Shown here: piece by piece, positions 11,857 to 23,800 of the stretch
Layout of the letters: every line of letters begins with the position of its first letter
How positions within the stretch are numbered: the stretch's first letter is position 1
DNA from: Eledone cirrhosa
Taxonomy: Eukaryota
Reading direction: 5' to 3'
DNA length: 64,000 nt
Assembly: GCA_964016885.1 (NCBI GenBank)
Contig: OZ024742.1
Span: 255,626,001 to 255,690,000 of the forward strand
Position numbers and translations under genes: made by a program
Notes under the pieces: generated by a model
What the model was told of the DNA's origin: nothing
Databases searched by the model: none
Seen by the model: only the letters and a program-made list of their open reading frames with translations

Positions 11857-13339
11857 ACTTTCACCGCCAATGTACAGCAACAAGCATTTTTTGAAAAATT
11901 TGCTTGATCCTAAGAAAAAGTAACAGAGGTTGAGAGATGTCTTGTTATCTCTAACTATTGCTTTGTTTCTATTTCTTTAGGGCATTTCTGAATTTATTAG
12001 AATATGAATCCAGTCCCACCATTGAGATATATTATCTTCATGGTGAATGTCTGCTGTTTTTTTTACCCTCGGGAAATTGTGAAATTGGTTTGCAGCTACT
12101 ATGGCCTTTTGAGATATAATATTGAAAACACATGTCACTCAACCATATTCGTGTGACCATTTTGTCACTGAACTATACTCTCCGTATGATATCAATTTTT
12201 ATGTATTATAATTTTATCAATATTTTATCTTAAATTAAGCATATTTTTATCTATTATTATCTAATTTTATAAATCTTTTATTTTTTATCCATTATATCAA
12301 CTACTTTCAATGTTGTATTATATTTTAAATTCCAATGTATTAATTTTTGTACCAGAAACTCTCTAGCGCTTTAGCATTTAAAGAGACCATATCCGACCAT
12401 AATTCTCTCGCCTCTTTCTATTCAAACTGGCCATAATTAGCCACTCATACTGATAGTAAGGTATTTTTCTCAAAACAAATAACATAAAACTCTCGTAGAT
12501 TCAATATTATATGAGATAATTATATAAGGTAAAGCCTTTTATGTGAAAATACATACACTATTTTTGTGCCTTTTTTAGCAACACAAAAATCCTCTGATAC
12601 TTTGGATTAATATGGCTGACTAAAATTATATATCTGCACATTGTGTGGTGTCAACTATATTTTGTTTTGTATTTTATGCTTTCTTTAAAAATTTTTTTTT
12701 TAGTCTTATATTTTAAAAATATATTAAAATAAATTATAAACGTTTTTTATTTACATATCTTTATAATGCACCTTCCAATATTGATTGTAACGTTTATTTA
12801 CTTTTATATGAATGATATAGTTAATAGTTACTTGTCCATTTGCCAATATGCTTTTGTAAAAGTAATTATTAACTATTATATATTAAATTACAAGATTTAT
12901 TTATATAACATGCTTATAATATTGGTTGTATCATATTTACTTGTATATTTGTCTATATTGTTTGTTTTGTGTTAAATTATTTTATTATTATTATGTTGGA
13001 TTATTTTTTTTATTATTATGTTAAACTATTTGTATGTAATATTTAATTTTTTTATTAATTCAACTATAATAATCGACATATGAAATTTAAATCAACAATA
13101 GGAGAAAAAATAATATCTTATTGCACAAACAATAATTCTGCACAAATGTTGCTCCATTATTAGATCTAATGTTGCAACGATGCAGTTAAATGTTGTCTGT
13201 GTATTTTAAAAAAGATTTGCTTATAATCTTTTCAAATTTCATTACGCCAATGATTCAAGCTCAAATTGACATTATCTAAAAAATTGTACAAACAGCGGTG
13301 GATTAGCAGTAGTGAACAGATAAATCAGTCAATTTATTA

Positions 13340-14000
13340 AGATTGACTTGGCATCAATCAGCAAGACCTTCATTAGCTGCTCTCCAGCCATCTATTTAAA
13401 GCTGTATACATCTATTGTACGAATACACTTGGAGTTCGCGTCATCAGTCTGGAACCCCTATCTTGCTCAGAACATTGACCTCCTGGAAACTGTTCAGAGA
13501 CATGCAACCAAGCGCATACCCTCCATCAGACACCTACCATACCCCGAATATTTTGCTTCCCTCTGGCAATGGACTTGGTAAACACCCACAAAGTTATTAA
13601 CCATCCGACCAACAACAACCCCGAACACCTTTTTGATCTCCATGTGTCTAACACGTGGACATGCCTACAAAGTCAGAAAACAACACAGCTCCCATGACTT
13701 TAGGAAATATTTCTTCATGCTCAGAGTTGCTGAAGGATGGAACAAACTTCCTGCATCAGTTGTTAGCTGATGACACACTGCATCCTTTAAAACCATCATA
13801 CATTCCGAAATACACCAAAACTACACCTGATGTCCCCCTTCCATACACATGCACATATGTGTATATCATGACTCATGCACTGTTCTTTTTTCCTGACGTT
13901 TTTATATTACCCTATGTATTATATATGCACTTTTGATGAGTTGTAGTGCACCTCAGCATTGTACACAATATTTTCATTATTATTATCATTATTATTATTA
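13340..14000 (+). mobile_element. 5'-truncated CR1-group LINE 3' end
   Basis: LKLYTSIVRIHLEFASSVWNPYLAQNIDLLETVQRHATKRIP is the typical post-RT region of CR1-group LINEs; frameshifted; ends in an (ATT)n tail at ~13977-14000. Confidence 0.8.
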
Positions 14001-14464
14001 CACTCATTGATCCATTTTGCACTAACTCTGCATCAAGCACCCTCACCTAAATATTAACCAATCAAGGATCCAATACAGCTATCTGTTGGATGAGTATTGT
14101 ATAGTGCCAAAAACGAAACCAATCAGTTTAGCAGAAAGTTTCCAGACAAGAAACACGCATATTTTGCTATCCTCAAACACGTTTACACATGGCATGAAAT
14201 ATAACTAATCCGAGATGGCTAGGTTTCATCTTCTAACTGGATATACGAAATCCATTATGTCTTGACAACAACATGAGGTAACATTATGTTATTCACAGAC
14301 ACACTTTGTACACTGTTCCATATCAGAATGTATTTCCTTCGTCACATTCACAAACAGTATTGAAAATATGTTCTTCGGCAAATAAAAATGTTTTGTTCAT
14401 AATATTTCAACTAGCGATTGCTCTACTCCACGCACGACCACCATAAATTAATGACCAGCTCAAC

Positions 14465-14640
14465 ACAAGTATTGGTAGAGCGTCATACACCATGCTTTGC
14501 AGTATTGTTATGGTCCTTTGCATTCTAAGTTCAAATCCTGCCGAGGTTAACTTCGACTTTCATACTTACTAATTCGATAAAATAAAGTACCAGTAATGGA
14601 CTGCCGTAATGGATTTGTGCCGAAAAATAGAAACACTATT
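14465..14640 (+). mobile_element. tRNA-derived SINE (diverged copy)
   Basis: B-box aagttcaaatcc, central ctttcat..tcgataaaataaagtaccag, tail ttgtgccgaaaaatagaaac. Confidence 0.75.
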
Positions 14641-15193
14641 AATGTGCAATAAGAGCAAAATATAACGACATTGCTCAATTATTTTATCTAATGTTGTAAT
14701 AACACAAGGAAATGTTGTTTGTGTATTTTTTTTTATATTTGCTCATAGGTTTTTACAATTTCGCTCAGCCAACAACTATTAAAAAGTGAGTTGCTTAAGA
14801 TAACAATTTAATCACAAATTGTTGCTATCTTTTAATACACTCCAACAAGTCATCAAATTATGTACAATAAAAACAAATCTTATTAATTTGCTCAGGGAAT
14901 ATAAAGAAAATGCATATACACTGATAATTGCAATTGTATGTAAATATTTTGTTTTTGTATTGTTTATTTTATGTTTTCTATTATGTATAATATATTGATT
15001 TAATATTGATTGTTTTTTGTAGTTGTTTATATTAAAAGTCTGAAAATATTTTTATACATCTTACACTAATATTTATAAGATAATTTAGAATAACAATTAC
15101 ATAATCTAATTACATTACAACGATAATTTATTATTAATATATATCCTGTTTAACTAGAGTTATTACAAGCGTTGCCTTAAAAAAATATTAAAC

Positions 15194-16146
15194 TAGACAT
15201 GAAAAATGCGCAAGCTCAAAAGTGCCACAGAATGTTATAATAAACCTTCAAAAGTGTGGGACTAGAGTTGTTGCTAAAAAATATTGTAATCATTATATAT
15301 CGTACATTCTGTGGCATCCTTTATAAAAATAGCTTAAACCAACGAAGCCTTTATTTTTACGCTATTTCACTTAGTTAATTCTTAGAGTGTAACATATAAA
15401 AATAAATACATCTATGTTTAATGTAATAACAGCTATAAATAATTACGTAATATTATTATCATATACTCATAGTAACAAAATAATTGTGTTGAAACTTAAT
15501 ATGATGCTTATATGAACGATCAAATCTATAATGATAATTTCTTAAATATACTAATAGTAAAATAATTTAGTTATCTATTGTTACATTTTCATAGAACTAT
15601 AATATTAACAATCGTATTGCATTATCAAATTTTTATCACTACAAACTTTCATATTGGAATTACCTTAAGCCACTTATTATTACTTCGCTTTCGTACTTTT
15701 ACAGCTGTAGATATTGCGCTGTATCTTATATCTAATATCAATATCTCATGGTAATTTGCATGAAGTGTAAAATAGGTTTATTAATAACTTTAATATGAAA
15801 TGTATTATACAGGGCTGCGGAGTCGGCCAAAAATTGACTGGCTCCAACTCAGGATCCGATACTCCATTATTTCCTAAATTTCAGCTCCGCAGCTCTGTTA
15901 TTATATTAATTAATTTATTTTATAGTTGTAAATCATATTTTTATATGTTACACTCTAAGAATTATCTAAGTGAAATAGCGTAAAAATAAAGGCTTCGTTG
16001 GTTTAAGCTATTTTTATAAAGGATGCCACAGAATGTACGATATATAATGATTACAATATTTTTTAGCAACAACTCTAGTCCCACACTTTTGAAGGTTTAT
16101 TATAACATTCTGTGGCACTTTTGAGCTTGCGCATTTTTCATGTCTA
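15194..16146. mobile_element. Non-autonomous element with ~210-bp near-perfect terminal inverted repeats
   Basis: 15194-~15403 is the reverse complement of ~15935-16146 with one mismatch seen; AT-rich non-coding interior; termini TAGACATG...CATGTCTA (the terminal TA may be a target-site duplication, TSD). Confidence 0.85.
15810..15897. mobile_element. 88-bp hAT-type MITE nested in the long-TIR element
   Basis: Ends CAGGGCTGCGGAG...CTCCGCAGCTCTG; 8-bp TSD gtattata/ttattata (7/8 match). Confidence 0.75.
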
Positions 16147-16282
16147 TAATAGATAGCTACTATCCCATGGGCTCTTAACTTCTTCCAGAGAAAGAAAAAC
16201 GACAAGAGAAAATAAGTAAGAAAGAAATATTGATGATTAATCGACCCCACTACTTAACTGTTTTATTAATATTATATTTATC

Positions 16283-16470
16283 GAGCGGTGTATTGGCTGT
16301 ATCGGTAAAGAGTCGGACGCTATGCTTTGCAGCATAGAGTTGCGGTCCTTTACGGTCTCAGTTCAAATCCCGCCGAGGTTAACTTTGCCTTTCATCCCTA
16401 TGGGGTTGATAAAATAAAGCACCAGCACTGGATAGTTACTGGCCTTGTGCCCAAAATAGAAACAATTATA
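16283..16470 (+). mobile_element. Full-length tRNA-derived SINE (central domain resembling the Meta-SINE domain)
   Basis: A-box tggctgtatcgg, B-box-like cagttcaaatccc, central gcctttcatccctatggggttgataaaataaagcaccag, tail ggccttgtgcccaaaatagaaacaatt. The Meta-domain assignment is from memory of the consensus. Confidence 0.85.
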
Positions 16471-16685
16471 TTTATCAAACTCGAAATGATGATAGGTAAT
16501 GTTGGTCTTGGTAAATTTGAACTCAGAGAGCAGAGAGCCAGAACGAATACTGTAAAGCATTCTGGCCAATGTTCTAACGTCTCTACCAATACAATAAATA
16601 TATAACCACGGAGAAAACATGATAATTCTGTAAGAAATATCCATACACATTATTTAGGGTTGCACACACACACACACATACACAC

Positions 16686-16721
<36 letters not shown>

Positions 16722-18059
16722 AAATGACACTCCACTGCTTAGCTCGGGTTAGAGGACATTGTATCTCTGTCTGCCATCCAGAATGGCGAAACATACCTCT
16801 TAAAAAATCTTGTGTAACGTTTTGTCAATTTCGCTAATTCACTGCTCAAGCTGTACTGGTAATTTTATTGATCGACCTCCAAAATGATAAATGACAAATT
16901 TGGTCTAGGCAGGATTTAAATGTACATCACAGAAAGTAGACGTAGGTGGCATAAACACCCAACAGCATTTATTCCGAATCTCTCACGATTCTGCCAATTT
17001 TTATGCAAATATATTGAAATAAGAATATTTCGTATTGCTAGTAAGTGAATATTTTAAAATCTTCACAACGATGAAATGCATATTACATGTATAAACATAA
17101 TACTGCTATTTAAATATGCACGTTGAAACCAGGAACCCTGAAGATCTTCCATTAGAAATTTAATTGTCATAGCTGACGTTAAAACAATGGATATAATAAT
17201 CAGTAATTTCTTGGTTCAAGAAACTGAATCTTAGAACAAAACTGTTATTTGCAAGAACTTGTAATTTATTTAAAAATTACACAATTAAATTTGTATGAAT
17301 ATGTACTGAATCTGGGGAATGGAATATCATATTGAATAATCAAAGAATGACATAACATTCTAAGATATAAATATTCAATAATTATTTGGAAATTCTTTAT
17401 GTAATCTTGTCAGTAACGCCATTGAATATTCAAATCTCTACGTCAGATTGGATATTTGCTTACATGCGCTACGTGTAGCTTCACAGTGTTCACCCGGTGG
17501 ATTTTCTTTGAAATGCAAACGCCATATTAGATATACCAGAAAGTTTATAATCGATAAACACTTTAATCGTCTGCATTAAAGAAAGTATCTCTGTTCAACT
17601 GCTATGCTAATTTCAATTGATTTAAAACTTAACGATGTGAGAAATAATGCTAAGAAGTATTTATCAAGATTCAAACCAAAGAAACTGCTATTTCATGACA
17701 TGTGTTAAAGGAGGCAGTTGGTGATTCAAAGAACTTACAAATATTATAAGCCGAGTATTATATGAACGAACGAACGAAGAAATGTTAGAAATAGCACCCA
17801 AATCACTCTAAACTCACAACCCTTATTATCTTAAGAAAACAATTATTGTATTACTTGATATCGAAAACCGCCCAACATTATGGACACACCACCATATTGA
17901 GTTGCTAAATTTTGAAAAAAGCTGTTTAACAGAACAGGATTAAAAGCAGGGTAAATCTTTCAGATTGATATTGAGGGATAATAATGTCGTCAACGGAAAA
18001 TAGGGGAGATATTCGATAAGCTGGTATTAGAGCTAAACAATAACAACCACCTTAATAAT

Positions 18060-18246
18060 GGTTTCTTAAATAGGCACAATGCCAGCAATTTGGGGGGAAG
18101 GGAAAGTCGATTAAATCGACCCCAGCGCCTGCCTGGTACTTTATTTTATCGACCCCTTAAGGATGAAAGGCAAAGTTAACCTCGGCGGGATTTGAACTCA
18201 GATCATAAAGGGACGTAACTCTATGCTTGAAAGCATAGAGTTACGT
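18060..18246 (-). mobile_element. 5'-truncated SINE with 16-bp TSD
   Basis: Same SINE family; flanked by the direct repeat caaccaccttaataat (18044-18059 and 18247-18262). Confidence 0.88.
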
Positions 18247-18369
18247 CAACCACCTTAATAATATCTTCTTATCTACTTCCTATATATCTGTCACGACATC
18301 ATGAGAATTTTATGCACTTCCACGTGAAGTAAATTGCAGAAACGTGCTGAAACTCAGTTTCTAAATTAT

Positions 18370-18780
18370 CGAAGCATTGCTGTGTCAGTTGTATCGCATG
18401 ACACCGAGATATGGGCATTTAACAACTAAAAGAAAAGAGTCTTGATGGTCACTACCCAAGGATGTTACGTATAGCTCTTGGTGTGAAGTGGTAGTAGCTA
18501 TGGCAAATGCTAGTATAATGCCTGTATGGACACCTCTCACACATAAAAGAGAAGATCAAGGAACATAGAATAAGTCTAATAAGACATTGTGTACGGCAAT
18601 CAGAAGAGGAAGTATTGAAGCTGGTCACGTAGGATCTACAAAAGTAAAAGAAAATCATGGTGGACATCATGCCACATACATTGACGAAATGGAGGAGGAT
18701 ACTGGCGTGGAATCTATTCAAGAAATGAAGAGGGCAATGATGGACAGAGAAGTGTGGTGGACATCATATCACATGCATCG
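18370..18780 (+). mobile_element. Degenerate RTE-like LINE 3' fragment
   Basis: Frameshifted translation similar to the RTE C-terminus (..SLDGHYPRMLRIALGVKW.. and ..TYIDEMEEDTG...MMDREVW). Confidence 0.6.
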
Positions 18781-19180
18781 AAAACCTGAAGCAGGACACT
18801 AGACTGGAATTTCTCCAGGAAATAAAGATTGCAACGATTGATAAAGATTCGTGGCGTAAATCACATCACATGCATTGATCACTTGAAACCTGCCTGGAAT
18901 CTATCCAGGAACTGAAGTTGGCAATGATGGACAAGGATTTGTGGTGTACACCATGTCACATACTTTGACAATGAAGCCGGTTGCTGGCATGGGATCTATC
19001 CAGGAACTGAAGTTTGCGATGATGGACATAACACAGTGGTGGATGCATATGTCACATACATTGATAAACTAAGGCAAGACACTGGCTTGGAATCTAACCT
19101 GGAAAAAAAGATGCCGCTGATTGATAGAAACGTTCAGTGGACATCAAATTATGTGCATTAATAGCCCGAAGCAGGATACT
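18659..19180 (+). repeat. Diverged ~90-98-bp tandem repeat (about 5.5 units)
   Basis: Units begin ggaatctat.. at 18709, 18806, 18896, 18991 and 19089. Confidence 0.8.
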
Positions 19181-19468
19181 AGAACTTATGTTTGCATTGC
19201 AATACGAACTACTTAACCACACAGCCTTGCCAGCATCCGCATGAAACCAGTTACGTATATAACGAATCCCATTCACCCAGAAAGACACAAGTGAGATGAG
19301 TGGAAAGAGCAAGACATAATATAATTGTAGTTTAATGTGATATGACGTAACATACATTATCTCTATTAAATCTCCAACCAGCAAACATTATACAACGAGA
19401 AAAATAAAAATCGCTTTCTATATAAGAGGAAAAAATGAAAACATTGACATGAAGATTGAAAAAGGAAA

Positions 19469-19530
<62 letters not shown>

Positions 19531-19604
19531 ACACACACATATATATGTATGTCAATACATATATACATACATGCATACATATACATACATAAACACATAC
19601 ACAC

Positions 19605-19635
<31 letters not shown>

Positions 19636-19681
19636 AATATATATATATATACACAGACTATATATATGTATATATATATGT

Positions 19682-19743
<62 letters not shown>

Positions 19744-19759
19744 ATGTGTGTGTATGTGA

Positions 19760-19795
<36 letters not shown>

Positions 19796-19838
19796 AGAGA
19801 GAGAGAGAGAGAGAGATATTCATATATAGATATGTATG

Positions 19839-19898
<60 letters not shown>
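19469..19898. repeat. Compound (TAC)n/(CA)n/(TA)n/(GA)n microsatellite
   Basis: Visible simple repeats. Confidence 0.95.
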
Positions 19899-19900
<2 letters not shown>

Positions 19901-20249
19901 TCATCGTCTGAAAGAATAAAAAAAGAAATTAGCAAAAGAAGACTAATGTAATATATTCACTTATATGATGTCAGATTAAAAAGTAAAACAATAACAACAA
20001 TGGCAACTGCAGAACAATTAAAAGAAACAATGAAATCCACAAGAAATAAATTAGGTAGACATGTGACATTTAAAACTGGTATCATAAAAAATAAAGTAAA
20101 ATCTGAAATATTTCGGTATTTCCAGAGAAAAAAGTATGCAAAATTATGAAACATTTAAAACTTATAGCTGCCCAACAAAACTCGAAAGCTAAGTCGTACG
20201 ACGGTGCATTAGAGTTATAGAAAAACCAAAGCATTAATAATAATAATAA

Positions 20250-20725
20250 TTGTTTTTACTTTTGGCACAAGGCCAGCAATTATCCCAGTGCATTCTTGCT
20301 ACTTTATTTTATCGACCCTATAGGGTGTAAATTAACCCCGGTGGGACTTGAACTCAGACTGTAAAGGGCCGTAGCTCTACCAATATTGCCAATCCACCAA
20401 TTAATGATTTCTAGTATAGGCACAAGGCCAGTAATTTAGGGGGACGGCAAAGTCAATTAAATCGGCCCCAGTACGTTACAGGTACTTAATTTTATCGACC
20501 CCGGAAAGATGAAACGCAAAATTAAACTCGGCGGGATTTGAAATCAAACCGTAAAGGACCGTAACTCTATGCTGTAAAGGATGGCGTCTGACTCTACCGA
20601 TTCTGCGAATCCACCGCCCCTGCAATCCACCAATTAATAATAATAATAATGATTTCTACTATTGGCACATAGCCAACAATTTTGGGACAGGTGAAAGTCG
20701 ACTATATCGACCCCAGTGTGTGACT
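20250..20725 (-). mobile_element. Three head-to-tail SINE copies separated by (TAA)n or short spacers
   Basis: Tails at ~20250, ~20405 and ~20650; reverse-complemented B-box (gggatttgaa/gggacttgaa) in the first two copies. Confidence 0.8.
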
Positions 20726-20757
20726 AGTAGTTTATTGTATCAACCACAAATAATAAC

Positions 20758-20801
<44 letters not shown>

Positions 20802-23800
20802 GGGAAGAAGACGCACGAGGTGACGGAGGTCATGAAATCGCTCCCGTAAGTTTTGAATTTTTAACATATTTAAATCATTTGTGAAATAACAACTCTTAGT
20901 ACAAATGCTACGGAAAGCACCCGGCTTGAGCCCCAAAAAATTCGGACCCAAAATATATTGTTATAAGGCTCAAATATTCAAATATTCAACTTTGTATTGT
21001 ACACTGTATATCCAAAAAAAAAAAAATGGCTATAAATGGAAGAAGAAGAACCCCCCCCCCCCTCTCCTCTGGCTACACTATATAGGACAGCTAAACTCAC
21101 CAACACCAGAAACTAGATACACCACCCACCCCATCATCTGTGTACACTAAACACAGCAGCATTTTCACCTTCACCGCCACCGCTCACTACGGCCATCATT
21201 ACCACCACTATCCCATCACCGCCGCCACCACCCCTTGACTCCTTCACTGCTGCTGCCACCGCTACAGCACCATCACTACAGTAATACGGTCGCATCACCG
21301 CCACCACTGCCTCGGTATCGACATCACCACCACCACTGTCTCAGTATCGCCAACGCCGCCAGTCTCCCACTTCTCCCCGTTGGCTGCCACTTCCACATTA
21401 TAGAATTCCTACTACTAACAAAGAGGAAGGCATCAAAATATATAGATAGACTCAAAAGAAAAAAGAAAAAACAAACAACAAAACCAAAGCAGCACAGCAA
21501 CAACAGCAAAAAAACGAGAAAAACAAACAGAGAAAAACAAAAACAAAAAAAGAAACCCCAAAAACGTAAAGAAAATAAGAATGAAGAGAGAAGCAGGCGG
21601 ACGGACAGAGAAGAGGGGGGAAAAAGTAAAACTTAAAAAACAAAAACTAAGTCAGACATTCGAATACTACATTACAATGAAACTTATGCTTATTCATTTT
21701 TGGGGCCCTTTCTGCCCGTGTGTTTGTTTGTTTATGTGTGTTCGTATACAGCGTGGTGATAATGCCACACAAGGGCCAAGTGGGATGGCGGATCCACAGA
21801 TGGCTATGTAAACATACATTCGCCAATCCTCGATAAGAGTGTTTAAATATCGAACATAAACAGTTCGAATAACGGTGAAATGGAGACTAGAACGTCATGT
21901 GACAGACTCTCACCCAACAGGTGCCCCCTGGCTCAGCAGCAGGAACCTGACTGTCAACCAAATACTGCTGATGTTGGAGGAATAAGAAGAAGGAAAGGGG
22001 CCAGAACCAACTGGACGAAAGAATTGAATAGAACTGTTATGCAATGCTACCTGAAAAGTAACCCCAAGGAGAGGGGCTACAGGAGACGGATGCATAACAT
22101 CTGGAACGAGATTGGTTTATTTAAATTAGATGAACAAAAATTGGCCGGGCAGGCTCGGGTAATAAGAACTAATGGGTGGATAAGCGAGCTGGAACTGGAG
22201 GAACTGAGCAGAGAGAATGGCTTGGAGATGGCGGGTGTAGTATGCCAGACAAGCGAGCCGGCGGGAAATGAAGGTGAGGAGGTCCTGAGAACGGAGGAAC
22301 CACCCGAAGCAGACAATGATCTGAATACTGAGATAAATAATACCTGGAACAGAGATACGGCCACTGAGGAGATGAATGCTGACGGGCTAGGACAAGATTC
22401 GGTTGACATCCTAAATTTAGTGGTAGATGAGTTGAACAATGATAGTGGGAGACCTATGAACCTAAGATTTGTAGACAGGAAAAAGTTAAAAGAAACAACA
22501 GCTAAGGTAAACAAAGTCATCCCATACCTTGAGGCGAGGAGTCTTCACCAGTGCAACAATATCCTCAAAGCAACAGCAAATACGGTGAGGAAACTACTTG
22601 GTATAAAAGCGAGAGGAAACAACAGACAAGAAAGAGCAGAGCCGTGGTGGAAGAAGCGACTGAGTGGGCAATCGGGGAATTGAGAAATGACATAGGAAAG
22701 CTTGAGTCACTACTGAATGGGACACTAAAAAACATAGGCACTAAAAATAGACTGGAAATAAAATACAAAACTAGGAGTAAAAAGCTAAATATTATCATAG
22801 AGGAATTGAAGCAACGCATTGTAGCAAAGAGTGCCAAAATCAGGCGATACGAGAACAGAGTCAGTCAGTATAAACAGAACCGCATGTTCGACAACAACCA
22901 GAAGATGCTGTTTGGACAGCTTGAGGGGAAAGAAAGAGGCAACGACTTGATCCCTGGGGCGGAACAAGCTAAAACATTCTGGAGAGGAATATGGGAGCAG
23001 GATGTTAGACACAAAGCCCAGGCAGGGTGGATTGAGACAGTACAGAGGGAGATCGGTGAGCAGGCACAACAACAGACTGATTTGAGTATCACAGTTGAAA
23101 CTCTTAAGGGGCAAGCCAAAAAACTAACCAACTGGAAATCACCAGGCCCAGATGGTGTGCAGGGGTATTGGATTAAACATTTAACATCCCTCCACCCGAA
23201 GCTGACGGCCATGTTCAATGACTGCTTGGTGTCGGGTGAGGTGCCAGAGTGGTTGACAAAAGGTACCACAGTTCTGATAATGAAAGACCGAATCAAGGGT
23301 AATGATGTTACCAACTATAGACCTATCACATGTCTGCCCGTAATGTGGAAACTGTTGACGAGCATTGTGTCTGAGGAAATCTACCATCACCTCCACACAA
23401 ACAACTTGTTACCGGACGAACAGAAAGGATGCCGAAAGAAGTCACGTGGTACAAAGGACCAGTTGCTTATTGATAAGATGGTAATGGGGAATTGCAGGAG
23501 GAGACACACTGATCTTGCCATGGGATGGATAGACTACAGAAAGGCATTTGACATGGTGCCTCATTCCTGGATCACCAAAAGCCTGAAGATCTTCAGGGTG
23601 GCAGATAACATCAGACAGTTGCTGGGCAGGAGTATGGGGTCCTGGGAGACAGAGTTGACATCAACTGGAGTATCCTTGGGAAGCGTGAAGATCAAGAGAG
23701 GTATCTTCCAGGGAGATAGCCTGTCCCCTCTGTTGTTTGTCCTTGCCCTGATGCCCTTGACTATTATGCTGCGAAAAGTGAGAGCAGGATACAAGTTGGG

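Noticed and set aside
15154-15180. actagagttattacaagcgttgcc as the Helitron 3' CTAG end
   Set aside because: Would be on the opposite strand to the ORF and lacks a good GC hairpin; no convincing terminus.
16283-16375. tRNA gene
   Set aside because: A/B boxes belong to SINE heads with an insertion and no complete cloverleaf; the same applies at 54990-55063.
17132-17165. CTGAAGA...GAAA motif
   Set aside because: No stem I or stem II pairing; chance match.
18659-19180. CRISPR-like array
   Set aside because: Whole units are homologous with no unique spacers; eukaryotic context with no cas genes.
19418-19951. Numerous ORFs with poly-YI/VC/HT/ER translations (also ~2100, 45600-46200, 50200, 52300-59000, 62000-63300)
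   Set aside because: They are translations of dinucleotide microsatellites lacking stop codons, not genes.
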